Below, in pieces: positions 1 to 13,816 of a stretch of 64,000 bases of DNA. The notes beneath the pieces are model-generated. The model searched no databases. It saw only the letters and a list, made by a program, of their open reading frames with translations, and had not been told where the DNA came from. Positions within the stretch are counted from its first letter, which is position 1; each line of letters starts with the position of its first letter. This DNA is from Hydrolagus colliei (Eukaryota). Where the stretch lies: contig CM068775.1 in assembly GCA_035084275.1 (NCBI GenBank), positions 868,001-932,000 on the forward strand, written 5' to 3'. The position numbers and the translations under genes are program-made.

Positions 1-344
1 AGAGAGTGGGAGAGTGAGTGTGTGAGAGGGAGAGAGTGAAGGGGAATGAGAGACAGTGAGTGTCTGAAATACAGAAAGAAAGAGGGTGGGGGAGTGTGTG
101 AGAGGGAGATAGACATTGATTCAATGAGAAATAGAGGGTGAGAGAGTGTAATGACATCCTCCCGAAGTGAAAGGCGCTATATAATTGCAATTTTGTTGTT
201 GTTATCATGACAGGTGGAGAGAGTGAGAGAGAGAAAGGGAGAGTGTCTGAGATATGGCGAGTGTGTGAGAAAGGGTTTGAGAGAAGGGAGTGGGAGAAAG
301 CCTTCAAAGGTTTCACACATCATGTGGGAAGCGCAGGTGATTCC

Positions 345-1185
345 TGGTGGGCAGACACATGGCAGATGAAGTTCAAAGCAGAGAAGTGTGAGGTGATGCA
401 TTTTGGGAGAAGAAATGAAGGGAGGCAATATAGGCTAGATAGTACAATTTTAAATGGTGTGAAGGAACAGAGAGACCTGGGGATTTGTGTTAGTGACTCG
501 TTGAAGGTGGCAGGACAGGTAGACAAGGCTGTTAAGAAGGCATATGGCATAAGGCTTTATAAATAGGGGTATAGAGTACAAAAGTGAGGAAGTGCTGACT
601 AACCTCTATAAAACTTTGGTGAGGCCTCAGCTGGAATACTGTGTTCAATTCTGGTCACCACACTATAGAAAGTATGTGAAGACGTTGGAAAGGGTACAAA
701 GAAGATTTACTAGGATGGTGCCAGGATTGAGGGACTTCAGCTATGAGGAGAGGCTAGATAGGCTAGGGTTATTCTCTCTGGAGCAGAGAAGATTGAGGGG
801 AGACCTAATAGAGGTTTATAAGATCATGAGGGGTTTCGACAGGGCAAATAGAGAAAAACTATTTCAACTCGTGGGCGAATCTGTGACTCGTGGTCACAGA
901 TTTAAAATAGTTTCAAGACGAAGTAGAGGGGAGCTGAGGAGAATTTTTTTCACTCAGCGAGTTGTTCGAATCTGGAATGCATTGCCTGAAAAGGTGGTGG
1001 AGGCTGATTCGATAACAACTTTTAAAAGGTAATTAGATCTTTATTTAGGGAGAACAGGTCTATTAGGCTATGGGGAGAGGGCAGGGCAGTGGGATTGAAT
1101 CGCTCTTTTCAAAGAGCCGGCACAGACTAGATGGGCCGAATGGCCTCCTTTTGTGCCGTACAATTCTATGAATCTATGAATCTAT
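345..1185 (+). mobile_element. CR1-clade LINE 3' fragment (young family)
   Basis: ORFs 207-566 and 592-1032 match the C-terminus of the 13834-15879 ORF. Ends GGGCCGAATGGCCTCC..(tctatgaa)n. Confidence 0.9.
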
Positions 1186-3800
1186 TTGTGAGGCAAGATT
1201 TGCCTCTAACAAATCCATGCTGTCTATCCTTTGTCTTTCTAACTGAAGATCTATCTTGTCCCTGATTATGGACTCTAGAAGTTTGCCCACTGCTGACTGT
1301 AGACTGACTGGCCTGTAGTTCCCAGGTGTGTCCTTACCCTTTTTAAACAGGGGAGTAACATTAGCAACTCTCCAGTCCTCTGGAACCACCCCTATGTCCA
1401 AGGAAGATTGAAAGATTGTGGCTAGAGTCTCTGCTATTTGCTCCCGTACTTCCCTTAGTAACCTAGGATGCATCCCATCCAGACCGGGTGACTTATATAC
1501 CTTGAGGGCCGTCAACCTTTTTAGTACTTCCTCTCTGTTTATACTAATCCTATTGATTTCTTCTACCCTCTCCTCCAATACTGCAGCATTGGCTGCATCC
1601 TAAGACCACAGACCATAAGAATTAAAAGCAGGAGTAGGCCATTTGGCCCTTCAAGCCTGCCCTGCCATTCAATAAGATCATGGCTGATCTTCTGACCTAA
1701 CTCTAATTACCTGCCCCATCCCTATATCTCCTAATCCCTCTATTTTTAAAAATCTATCAGTCTCAGCCTTGATAATGTTCAGGGACTGAGCATCCACAGC
1801 CTTCTGGGGTAGTGAATTCCATAAATTCTGAGTGAAGAAATGTTTCCTCAACTCTGTTCTAAAAGGCTGACTTAATTTTAAGAATGTGACCCCTGGTTAT
1901 AGATTCTCCTGCCAGAGGAAACAGTCCCTCAGTGTCTACTTTATCCATTCCTTTAAGAATCTTACATGTTTCAATAAGATCTACCCTCATTCTTCTGTAC
2001 TCTAGAGTACAGCCCTAATTTATTCAACCTATCCTCACAGGTCAGTCCCCTCATCCTAGGAAGTAACCTACTGAATCTACGCTGCACCCTCTCTAAGGCA
2101 AGTATGTCCTTTTTTAAATAAGGAGACCAAAGCTGCACACAATACTCTAGGTGCGGTCTCACCAAACAGTTGCAGCAAGACTTCCCTAATCTTGTACTCT
2201 AAATGTTTTGAAATTAACGCTAGCATGCCATTCGCTGTCTTAGTTGCTTGCTGCACCTGCAAACTAACGTTTTGAGACTGGTCTACAAGGACACCCAAAT
2301 CCCTTTGAATACTAACACTATCTAACCTCTCCCCCTCTCGAAAATAATAATTTTTTAAATTTTTGTTACCATAGTGAATAATTTCACACTTCCCCACATT
2401 AAATTCCATCTGCGACCCACCTGCCCACTCCCCTAGCCTATCTATTTCTTGTTGCAATCTTTTTGCATCATCCTCAGAGCTCACTCTCCTACCTAGTTTA
2501 GTGTCATCCGCGAATTTAGACACGCTACATTCAATGTCCTCGTCTAGATCATTGATGTAAATCGTAAATAGCTGAGGCCCAAGCACTGTTCCTTGTGGCA
2601 CTCCACTAGTTGCATCCTGCCAATTTGAGAATGACCCGTTTATCCCTACTCTCTGTTTTCTACCAGTTAGCCACTCATTTGTCCGTTAATATGTTCCCAT
2701 TAATCCCGTGGGCCTTGATCTTATGCAAAAGCCTTCTGTGTGGCAATTTATCAAATGCCTTCTTAAAATCTAAACATACCACATCTACTGGTTACCCTCT
2801 ATCCAAACTGCTGGATACATCTTCAAAAAACTCGAAAAGCGTGACTCCCCTTTTGAAAAGCCATCCTCTTCTCTTATGAAGACAGAGGCAATGTACAAAT
2901 TCAGTACATCAGCCATGCCCTCTGCCTCCATAATAAGATTTCTTCCTTGGCCCTTAATTAGCTCCACCCTATCCTTGACCAATCTTTTACTCTTAATATG
3001 TTTGTAAAATACCATAGGGTTCCCTTTAATGTTACCTGCTAATTGTTTCTCATACAGTCTTTTTGCCCCTCTAATTTCCTTTTTCAGTTCTCTCCTGCAC
3101 TTCCTACATTCTGCTTTGTTGACCTCTGTATCTTGGACCTGACACTTGTCATAAGCCTCCTTTTTTTGCTTTATTTTAACCCCAATTGCCCTCATCATCC
3201 AGGGAAGTTTGGATGCCCTATATTTTATCTTTGTTGGAGTGTTTTTGACCAGTGCCCTATGCCCATGGACTTTCAAAAGGAACTATCTCTTCCTTGAAGA
3301 CTGCCCACTGCTCGTTAGCTGTTTTACCTGCCAATCATTCTTTCCAGTCCACCTCGGCTAGGTCCCGTTTTAACTCACTGAAATTAGCCTTCTTCAAGTT
3401 GAGAGAAAGGGATAAGGAACACTCAAAGATCTTCACTCAAAGGTGAAGACCTTTGAGTGTTCCTTATCCCTTTCCATAATTACTCTGATTCTAGTGATGT
3501 TGTGATCGCTATTTCCTAGGTGCTCATCTACAGAAATCTGTTGTACTTGCCCCACCTCATTCTCCCAAACTAGATCCAGCACTGCATCCTTCCTTGTTGG
3601 ACTGGAAACTTGATGAAGAAAGTTATCCTGTACACATTTCAGGAATTCTTTTCCATCTTTGCCCTTTACACTACTATTCTACCAGTCGATGTTGAGATAA
3701 TCAAAGTCTCCCATTATCACTACTCTATTGGCTTTGCATGTTTCCGAGATCTGCTCTTCTATCTCCTTATTTTTTATTCAACAGATTATCTTGTATTAGA
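1185..3800 (-). mobile_element. Nested CR1 LINE fragments (RT and linker regions)
   Basis: Minus ORFs with KSPGLDGMHPRLL, PQGTVLGP..FADDTKLG and RPHLEYCVQLW. Confidence 0.85.
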
Positions 3801-4660
3801 AGTACAGTTTGGCGGAGGCAAGGATGGAGCGAAAACTTTTTGTGTGGTCCAACCAGATTCACCGTTTGGCTGTTAGGCCATATTTGAGCCAGGTGCATTC
3901 GGCTGTGTGCATCTGACCCTTTAGGAGCAACGGTGGCTTGTGGTTTGGGAGGTGGTTTGAGAGGTGACGGGGCAAGAGCATTGAGGGCACTGGAGAGAGA
4001 AGTATGGAGGAGTTTGAAGAGGAGGTGACAGGGCCATCAGGAACACTGCATAAGTCTGTTTGGGGGCTGGAAGAAAAAACATTGGCAGAGTCAAATAGAA
4101 GACAGTTTGATAGATGAGACCTGAACAAGTCAAGGACAGGACAAAATGCAGTGGTCCACATTATCAAAGATGGCAGGGAAGTCCAGGAGGATGAGGATTC
4201 AAACGGTGACAGAAGGAAAGGATGTTGTTTTTCACCTTGACGAAAGCCGTTTCCGTGCTGTGAGTAGGGACTCATGAAGGGAGTAGTAGGGAAGTGTGGG
4301 GCAAGTGTGCATTCCTGCTCCAGGAATGGGGCAGGTCAGAGCAGAATTACTGCAAATTGATCAATCGTACACTGACAACCACTGACCATTGGAGTCTGAT
4401 TGCATTAGAGCCGCTCATTATTCTCTTGTGCGCTATCTCTCACTGTGTGATGCTGTCTTTTCTCTAGGGGCTAACCATTGGGGCAGGTTGATACAGAAGC
4501 CACTAACCTCCACTTTCTGAGCTGGACACTGGCCGAACAGGAAGCATTGATTAATGTACCATCTGCTCTGATACTCTGTGTGTGTGGGCACAATCTCATC
4601 CCAGTGGAATCCTGGTCTGAGAGAGCAGCAGCTCACTGAGGGAAGCCCACAGCGATTAGA

Positions 4661-4712
4661 ATGGCCAGTGAGCTCCTCACAGCTGTCTCTCTGACTCTCT
4701 GCCTTTCTGTGG
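4661..4712 (+). CDS. Leader (signal peptide) exon of three-V-domain IgSF gene
   Basis: ATG at 4661 reads MASELLTAVSLTLCLSV+G (52 nt, hydrophobic), followed by donor G|gtaagt. Phase 1, in frame with the V exon at 5151. Confidence 0.85.
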
Positions 4713-5150
4713 GTAAGTCCCTGTTTGGTTGATGGGGGTAGGGTTAGTTCCTTTAAACAGGACTTTACCTGGTTAATGTTGCCAAGGAGATAACTGATGT
4801 CACAACCTTTGTGTGTCTGTGTTGATCTTTATTATCCTTCTCCACAGCCTCCTTCCCTTCCTCTCCAATCCTTTCTCACCTCTCTCCCTTCTCCTTAAAC
4901 ACTCTCTAACCCTATTGTCAATAGCTGATCTCTGTTGCCACCACCCTTGACTCTATTATACTTGCCAACGCTGCTCTACTTAGCCCCACTACAGTGACAG
5001 CAGGCTGACCATACCTCATTGATTTTGGGACACTCGTATTCTTTCCATCTCCTAAAATAACGACTCAGAACGTGGGATTGCCACTGAATGTGAGAAGTTG
5101 TGAGTATATTGATTGGCTCTTTCTCATCCTTTAAACGTTTTCACTTACAG

Positions 5151-5489
5151 GTATAATGGTTCGGTCTCCAATCCTGGTTCAGTCTCCGGAATTTTGTCCA
5201 GTCCGAACGAATCAGATGGTGATTCTTCTGTGCAGAGTTGAGAACGGTAAAGTGTCTGACGTGGACCTGGAGTGGCAAATAGACAATAGAAAGTTTTTGC
5301 TACAGCATTACAGAATGGAAGGAAATTTGATTTACCCAATTGGTAGACGTGTGCAGTCTTTTAGGGACACCAAAAGAAACCTCTTCAGGCTGACACTTAA
5401 AAAAGTGTTCACTGCATCCTCTGGCATCTATTACTGTCATGATGCCAGAACAAAAAGCATTGGAATCGGGAGTGAGGTCATTGTTGCAG
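5151..5489 (+). CDS. Ig V-type domain exon 1 (germline V+J-like)
   Basis: Acceptor ttttcacttacag|, donor G|gtaagt, 339 nt, phase 1-1. LVQSP..LLC..LEW..GIYYC..SIGIGSEVIV gives both Cys, the Trp and a GxG J-like strand. Confidence 0.9.
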
Positions 5490-6049
5490 GTAAGTGAACG
5501 ACAGACAGGAGCTCAGGCAGTGGATCTGTGCTGGGGATCCAGGGCATTGAGCCAAGCATCATACTGGCACCAAGAGAAGCAGAGAGAGACAGAGTGAGAC
5601 AGAACCAACGAGAGACAAATCCAGGGCAGGGGGAGAAGATCAGAGATAGAATCAGATAGAGGAAACCAGAGAGAGAGAAAGAAAACCAGAGAGATTGAGA
5701 GCAAACAAGATAGAGAAAACCAGACAGAGAGAGAGAGCAACGGGAAACCATACAGAAAGAGAGTCAGACACACAGAGAGAAACCAAACAGACAGAGAGAA
5801 AATCCAGACCCAGAGTGAGAGAGAAAGCCAGATGGAGAAAAACAGATAGAGGTGGAGAGACCTGTAGCTTAGTGGTTGGATCACTCGCCTTGCAAGTAAG
5901 AGAACCTGGGCAAGTTTCCTTACTCCACTGTTTACTTAGGAAATAGAAACACAATCGATTGGTGGTATGTGTATTTGTGTGTATCTGTGTAATTGTGTGT
6001 ATGCATCTGTGTATAAGTAGGTGGGTGTGCACTCGCATGTGTGTCTGTG

Positions 6050-7410
6050 TGTGTGTCACAGACCAACCTCTCCTCCCACTCCCTCTTTGAACCTCTCCAG
6101 TCTGGTTTCCGCCCTGCCCACAGTACAGAGACTGCACTTGTGAAAGTCACAAACGACATTCTCTCTATCTGTGACCAGGGCTCCCTCTGCCTCCTTATCC
6201 TCCTGGACCTGTCAGCTGCTTTCGACACAGTCCTCCACTTCCTGTCCTCTGTCATCCACCTCAGTGGGACTGCACTCGCCTGGTTCGAGTCCTATCTCAC
6301 AAACTGCCAGCGGTACATCTCAATAAACGGTTTTTCCTTCTGCTCTCACCTAGTTACCTTTGCGGTACCCCAGGGAACCATCTTTGGCCTCCTCCTCTTC
6401 CTCATCTACATGCTCTCTCATGGGGATGTTATCCACAGACATGGGACACACTTCCTCATGTACGCAGATGATTCCCAACTCTTCTTTTCCACTTCACTTT
6501 GCGACCCCCAGTCCCCTGATGTTCTGTCAGCCTGTCTGTCACACATCAGGAGCTAGATGAACGCGAACTTCCTGCAGCTGAATGTTGACAAGACAGAAGC
6601 CATACTCTTTGTCTTTCGTCAATGTCTCCATTCGAACGGCTCTCACCTCCTCCACCTTCCCGGCCTGCCCCTAAAATTCTCTGAACCTGTGCGTAACCTT
6701 GGTTTGACCCCCAACTGTCCACATCCAGTCCCTCACCAGCACTGCCTTCTTCCACCTCCGATGGATCGCCCGTCTCCGGCAATACCTCACCCCAAAAGCC
6801 ACTGAAATCTTGGTCCATGCCTTTATCACCTCTCGACTGGACTATTGCAACACCCTCCTAGCCGGTCTCCCCTCCACCAGAATCCACAAAATCCAGCTAA
6901 TTCAAAACTCTGCCGTCCGTATACTCACCCACATCTAACTTTGCTTCCCCCATTACCCCAGTCCTTGCCAGACTTCACTGGCTCCCTTGTCTCTGAGAGG
7001 ATTGACTTCATGATCCTCACCCTTGTTTTCACATCCCCCCACTCCTCTGCACCCTCCCTACCTCTCTGATCTCCTCTCTCCCCAAACCAGCACCCGCTGC
7101 TTTCACTCCACCGGGTCTGGCCTCCTCCATGTCCCCAAATCCTCTGCTCAACCCTCAGCAGCCGTGCGTTCAGCCACTACGCCCCGAGGCTCTGGAACTC
7201 CCTTCCTCACTCGGTTTGCCTCGTCCCCTCTCTTCCCAGTTTCAGGTCACAGCTGAAGACCTTTCTCTTTGACCGTGTGCTTGGTCACCTTTCAACCCCT
7301 GCCCATGGATCGGTCCCGTGATCTTCTACTTTGAAGCGCTTTGAGACACCGTCCTACATGGAGGGTGCTATATAAATCAAATTTGTTGATGTTGTTGTTG
7401 TTGTGTCAGT
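6050..7410 (+). mobile_element. L2-clade LINE 3' fragment in intron between V1 and V2
   Basis: HSTETALVKV, LDLSAAFDTV, YADDSQL. Ends with tatataaat..(gtt)n tail. Confidence 0.85.
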
Positions 7411-7766
7411 ATCTGTGTATATGTGACGCACAGAGCACACACACTGTAGTTGTGAGACAGTCGCTGTGCTCCCTAGTGCCAGGTTACAACAAGCTGCTGA
7501 CTGCCGCGACAGGAGACAGGACTGTGTTTGGGGCAGCAGGTGGCAGAAAATCCGATCACTGCACTTGGCTAACGTGGGTTTGTTGGGCATACCCGTGCTA
7601 CCAACGTCCTCATCGACAGCCAAAGCTTCGGATCTTACTGCTCAGTCACTGGAACTTGTTCCCTCTACCCCTCCATTAGTTGCCCTCGTTCTGATTTCCA
7701 ACATCTGTACATAAGGCCTGGAATAATAGCTGGGCTGGAATTTATAGTGTAATTTTTGTCTTAAAG

Positions 7767-8111
7767 CTCCGAACAGTCCATTACTCATTCCGTCTTCGAA
7801 GTTGATAACTGTCAGAGAGGGAGGCATGGCCAAGTTACAGTGCTCCATGGAGAAGGCACGTGTGGAGCAGAACGGTGTTCAATGGTACAGGGTGTACCCG
7901 GGACAGCTGAGGAAGTGGATGATAACACGTGAAAAAAATGGCAGGATACTCAACTCCAGTGATACCGATCAGATTCTCCAGCCATCCATAGATGCATCTA
8001 AAAACACCTACATTCTGATCCTCCCAGCCGTGTCAGTCAGTGATACTGCCGTCTATCACTGCTGTGTGCAAATCAATACCTGTGCGGATGGTAGTCAACT
8101 TAATGTAACCA
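7767..8111 (+). CDS. Ig V-type domain exon 2 (germline V+J-like)
   Basis: Acceptor tttttgtcttaaag|, donor A|gtgagt, 345 nt, phase 1-1. LQC..WYRVYPG..DTAVYHCCVQINTCADGSQLNVT. Confidence 0.9.
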
Positions 8112-8424
8112 GTGAGTACACCTATACTCGGGCCACACCCTAAATTCACACTGCTCCTAGTTAATAATCAGTGTTATCTGGGAGTTTGTGAGCCAGTTCA
8201 CCAGCAGAAAATCTACTCTCATTTTCAAGTGTCACAGGATCTTTCATGTCCATCACATTACATCACTTTTGAAAGATGGTGTCTCCAACAATACAGTGCT
8301 CCCTGACCATTGCACGGGAGTGTGAGCTCAGCTCTAGTTTACAACCTGGACTGCCCTTTATGTCCTCTAACGCTTTTTAGCGTTCAGCGCAGTTTGAAAT
8401 TTATTGATGATTTTTCCCTTAAAG

Positions 8425-8766
8425 GTGCTGTTCCTCTCCTGGTTCAGTCCCCGACCCTGGAACGTGCCACAGAGGGACACCTGGTCCGGTTACAGTGCTC
8501 CATCGAGAACGCCAGCGTGAGCAACACTGATGTACACTGGTACCGACAACTCCCAGGACAGCAGAGGGAGTGGATTTTAACACATTATAAAAATGGCATG
8601 AAGGCAGATCACGAATATACTAATCAGCGTCTCCAGGCATCCAGAATCACCTCCAATAACACCTATATTCTGATAGTCAGACGCGTGACACTCAGTGATG
8701 CTGCTGCCTATCAGTGCTGTGTGTGGGGAGATGTCTGTGGGAACGGGACCCAGCTGAACATAACCA
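8425..8766 (+). CDS. Ig V-type domain exon 3 (germline V+J-like)
   Basis: Acceptor ttttcccttaaag|, donor A|gtaagt, 342 nt, phase 1-1. LVQSP..LQC..WYRQLPG..DAAAYQCCVWGDVCGNGTQLNIT. Confidence 0.92.
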
Positions 8767-8989
8767 GTAAGTAAATTTACTCGAGATTTTATTATCTGAT
8801 TTCAGCTGATCAAATGTCCTCAGGAGCTTTCTCTAGGTACATATCCTAAACTCACACTGTGTGTAGGCAGAAAGTGAGGATGGAGAGGCACGAGTGAGCA
8901 GGTAGAGGCGAGGAGGGAGTGGCACTGAGTGACAAGGGAGTAGCGCGGACTGAGAAAGGAGTGACACAGATGAGAGAGAGGCACAGAGT

Positions 8990-9070
8990 GAGGAGAGAGA
9001 GGCGCAGCCTGAGGAGAGAGAGGTGCAGTCTGAGGAGAGAGAGGAGCAGTGTGAAGAGCGAGAGGCAGCT
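8990..9070. repeat. 21-bp minisatellite
   Basis: About four copies of gaggagagagaggNgcagNct. Confidence 0.6.
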
Positions 9071-9878
9071 ACAAACTAAACAATAAATCAATCCCAAATC
9101 AACTATACCCAACCCAACATCACCCTCAATCTTGGGGGCCAATCCAGGACTGTCGAGCACTTTTGACGTCCTCCCGATGTGAAAAGCACAATATAAATAT
9201 CAGTGTCTATTGTATTAGCCGCCCAAACCCCAGCATTTATTTATCGCCTTTCAACAACAACAACAACAACTTGGATTTATAGAGAGCCCTCCACGCCAGA
9301 CAGCGATTTAGAGCACCTCACAATAAAAGAATCCAGGGCCGAGGTAGCGGGAGGGCGAAGACAGTGACTAAAAGCGTGGTCAAATAGAAAAGTCTTTAGG
9401 CATGAGCTGAAAACAGGACAGTGCGAGGTGATGGGAGTGAGGAAGGGTTTTGCAGAGCCTTGTGGCATAGTGGCTGAAGGTACAGCAGCCAAAGATAGAA
9501 TGCAAGGACTGGGGTAATTTGGTAGCAATCTTTGGTTGGGTCACGGAATTTTGGATAACCTGGACTTTGTAAAGGGTGGAAGGATAATTGGGGTCAAACC
9601 TGATGCCTAACTTGCATATGGGTTTGGAGAGGGTCAGCTAGTTGGAGGAGGTGAGAGTTGTGGGATTGAATACATCGACGAGGGCCAAAGGGTATGACCT
9701 TCACGTCATTAGCACATCCCAATTCCAACTTCTACATTGCTTTGTGTGAAATGAACTCTGTAATGTAAATTTATATTGTATTTTGTTTTAGTGTTTTTTT
9801 TACATGTGTGACAGTGTGTAATTGTCAGTTATTATGATGCTCTGATTCTCTCATTCTCTCCACATTGTCTGGATACAG

Positions 9879-9976
9879 TGAGCAGAGAACAGATCTGGAT
9901 CACCATGGGGTCTGCTCTGGGATTCCTGGCCTTTGCTGGAGCAGTTGTTCTCATCTACAAGATGTGTGGTTTGTAA
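9879..9976 (+). CDS. Transmembrane exon copy 1 (ends in in-frame stop)
   Basis: Acceptor ggatacag|. Phase-1 reading (M)SREQIWITMGSALGFLAFAGAVVLIYKMCGL*. Leader+V1+V2+V3+this exon gives a continuous 391-aa ORF. Confidence 0.7.
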
Positions 9977-9984
9977 AGTCCTGT

Positions 9985-12900
9985 ACATAGAATCATAGAA
10001 TCTTATGGCACAAAAGGAGGCCATACGGCCCATCTAGTCTGTGCCAGCTCTTTGAAGTTAGCAACTCAATCCAACTCTCTGGCTCTATCCCCATAACCGC
10101 GCAAACCCGTCCTCCCCAAATAAACATCTACCTCTCTTTTAAAAGAGGAGTGAGTAGGACTCTGTTATCAACTCTGTTATCGGCCTCCACCACCTTTCCT
10201 AGCAATGCATCCCAGATTTGAACAACTCGCTGAGTGAAACCAATTCTCTGCAGCTCTCCTCTGCTTTTAGAAACTATTTTAAATCTGTGACCTCAAGTCA
10301 CTGGCACACCCCACAGTTTTCCCCTGTTTACCCTATTGAATTCCCTCATGATCTTTGAAACCTCTGTTAGGTCTCCTCATAACCTTCTCTGCTTCAATGA
10401 GAATAAACCTAGCATCTCTAGCCTTTCCTCATAACTGAAGTCCCTCATTCCTGGCACAATCCTGGTAAATCTCCTCTGCACCTTTTCCAATGCCTTAACA
10501 TCCTTCCTAAAGTGTGGTGACAAGAATTGAACACAGAACGTGACCTGAGGCCTAACCAAAGTTTACAGAGTTTAGTCAGAACTTGCTGAGTTTTGTACTC
10601 TATGCCTCTAATTATAAAGCCTTGTATCCCATATGCTTTTTTAACAACCTTATCTACCTGTCCTGCCACTTTCAAACATTCACTTACCCAATAATAACAA
10701 CAACAACACAATTACATTTCTAGAGTGCCTTTCACATCGGGAGGACATCCCAAGGCGCTGAACAATCAGGTCGGGAAATGAGCAGGTGGGCGGTCAGAGT
10801 AAAGGGAAGGGGAGGAGAGTAGGAGAGGGGGAAGAGTTAGGAGATAAGGAGAAGGCTCATTCGAAGAGGAAGGTCCTGAGACTGGCCTTGAAGGAGGAAA
10901 GGGAGGAGGGGAGGCAAAGGGACTGCGGAATGGAGTTCCACAGTGTAGGAGCAGAGAGCCTGAAAGCCCGACCACCGATGGTAGGGTGGTTAAGGTGGTG
11001 GACGTGGAGCAGGCTAGAGCCTGCTGAACGGAGGGGATGGGCAGGCTGATAGGGAGTTAGCAGGTCTGAGAGATAGGCAGCTGCAAGACTGTGAATGGCC
11101 TTGAAGGTGCTCAAGGTAGATAAGTCACCTGGTCTGGATGGGATGCATCCTAGGTTACTAAGGGAAGTACAGGTGCAAATAGCAAAAAACCCCAGGTCTC
11201 TTTATTCCTTCACACCACTTAAAATTGTGTTATCTAGCCTATATTGCCTCCCCTCCTTTCTCCTCTCAAAATACATCACCTCACTTTTCTCCACATTAAA
11301 CTTAATCTGCCATGTGTCTGCCCATTTTACCATTCTGTCTATATCTTCTTGCAGATGGCTACACTTCTCATCACTATTTATCCTAACTTTGTGTCGCCTG
11401 TAAACTTGCAAATGGCCATATTACCAAGTCCAGATCATTAATATCAATTAAAGAGCAGTGGTCCCAATAGCGATCCTGGAAGATGCCACTGTACACTTCC
11501 CTCCAGTCTGAAAAACAGCCATTCACCACAACTCTGCTTTCTGTCTCCCAGCCAGTTCTGGATCCACGCTGCCACTGTCCTTTAACGCTGTGGGTTTCTA
11601 TTTTCTTTATAAGCCTTTTATGTGGCACTTTGTGAAATGCCTTTTGAAAGTCCATATAAACTACTTCAACTGCACTACCCCCATCCACCCTTTCCGTTAC
11701 CTCTTAAAAAAAACTCATATTTGTAAGACAAGATTTGCCTGTAACAAATCCATGCTGGCTGTCCTTTATTAACCAATATCTTTCTAAGTGAAGATCTATC
11801 TTGTCCCTGATTATAGTCTCTAGAAGTTTCCCCACTACCAAACGTTAGACTGACTGGCCTGTAGTTCCCAGGTTTGACCTCCTGCTGCTTCTTGTGCATT
11901 GGAGTAACATTAGCAACCCTCCAGTCCTCTGGCACCACCCCTGTGTCCAAGGAAGATTGAAACATTGTGGTCAGAGCCTCTGCTATTTGCACCCATACTT
12001 CCCTCATTAACCTAAGATGCATCCCATCCATGCCAGGTGACTTATCTATCTTCAGCACCGTCAGTCTTTTTAGTACTTCCTCTCTGTTGATACTTATCCT
12101 ATCAATGTCCTCTACCCTCTCATTGGATACTGTGGCATTGGATGCATCCTCTTCTTTTGTGAAGACAGATGGAAAGTAATCATTCTGTGCATCAGCCATG
12201 CCCTCTGCCTCCACAATAAGATTTCCTCCTTCGTCCCTAATTGGCCCCACTCTACCTTTGACTAACTTTTTATTCTTGACATGCTTGTAAAATACCTTAG
12301 GGTTCCCTGTAATGTTACCTGCTCATGATTTCTCGTATAGTCTTTTTGCCCCTCTAATTTCCTTTTTCAGTTCTCTCCTGCAACTTCCTATATTCTATTT
12401 GGTTGTCTTCTGTATTTTGGGCATTACATTTGTCATAAGCCTCCTTTTTTTGTTTTACTTTAGTCCCAATTTCTTTAGTCATCCCGGAAGGTTTAGATGC
12501 CCTACTTTTTCTCTTTGTGGAAATGTATTTGTTCTGTTCCCGAACTATCTGCTCCTTGAAGGCATTCCACTGCTCCTTAGCTGTTTTACCTACCAATCTG
12601 TCTTTCCAGTCCACCTTGGCAAGGTCCCTTTTTAACTCACTGAAATTAGCCTTCTTCCCGTTGAGAAGCTTCACCTTTGATTGTCCCTTTCCATAAGTAC
12701 TTTGAATCTAATGATGTTGTGATCACTATTGCCCAGATGCTCTCCTTCTGAAACCTGCTCCATTTGCTCCACTTTATTCCCCAGAGCTAGATCCACCACT
12801 GCTTCCTTCCTCATTGAGCTGGAAACATACTGATCAAGAAAGTTATCCTGTACAGATTTCAGGAATCCTTCTCCCTCCTTGCCCTTTACACTGTTACATC

Positions 12901-13565
12901 CTTAGAAAGGGACGAGGTGCAAGAAGGCCGAAAAACAGAATGAGGAAGGAAGCAATGCTAGATCTAGTTCTGGGGAATGAAATGGGGCAAGTGGAGCAGG
13001 TTTCAGTCGGAGGGCATCTGGGCAATAGTGATCACAACATCATTAGATACTCTTGATTTTGCCAGTCTATGTTGGGATATTGAAGTCCCCCATTATGACT
13101 ACTCTATTGGCTTTGCAGCTTTCTGAAATTTGCTTGCAGATCTGCTCGTCTATCTCCTTCCCACTATTTGGTGGTCTGTAGTATAACAGTGTAACAGCTC
13201 CTTTTTTGTTCCTTAACTCTAACCAGATTGTGTGTTTAGGCCTTCTTGCACCTCATCCCTTTCTAAGGCTGTAACTGTGTCTTCGATTAATATTGCCACT
13301 CCGCCTACATTTATTCCTTCTCTATCCCTCCTGAATACATTATAGCCAGGTATGTTCAGTTCCCATTCCTGCCCTTGTTTGAGCCAGGTCTCCGTTACTG
13401 CTCGTCCATCATATCCCCTAGCAGCAACTTGAGCATGCTGACCAATCTTGCTTGTTAAACTCCATGCATTTACACACATGCACTCCAAGACAGCCTGTTC
13501 TGTATTTTACCCCCGTCTTATCCCTCCTTTTTCTGGACCACTGCTTTTTACATTCCCATCCCCCC
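9985..13565 (-). mobile_element. Nested cluster of CR1 and L2 fragments, mostly minus strand
   Basis: CR1 tail at 9985, L2 3' end 10690-11100, CR1 RT pieces 11100-12700, APE endonuclease N-terminus (AVTETWL, IPGYNVFRRDR) 13219-13488. Confidence 0.8.
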
Positions 13566-13816
13566 TCAAATGTGGCTCCATATTCTGTCTGAACTAATCC
13601 ACGTTGAAGTCCAATTTAATCACCATATTAATCCAAATATAAATCCATCAATAGGTATCCAAGTATTGGTGTATGGTTTCCAGTTCGACATCCGAAAGTA
13701 TCCATGTATTGTTATGCCATTCCCAGTTCGATATACAAGTACCATTGTATGTCTACAGTTACTCCACTCAAAGTCTTGATCTTCCCATTCTTCTGAAGCT
13801 AGAACATGGATTTGTG

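Noticed and set aside
4421-4447. CACTGTG with upstream TTCTCTTGT near the IgSF promoter, a possible RSS
   Set aside because: 11-nt spacer, 5/9 nonamer match and no adjacent gene segment.
5437-6255. Several long Leu/Ser- or Arg/Glu-rich ORFs
   Set aside because: Products of (GA)n/(GT)n low-complexity intron sequence.
5151-8766. Interpretation as germline-joined IgL/TCR genes or NAR-TCR/TCRmu-type supporting V domains for the VH-D-J cassette
   Set aside because: Only one leader, no C exon, direct splice to TM, and opposite strand to the VH-D-D-J cluster, so they cannot be spliced to it.
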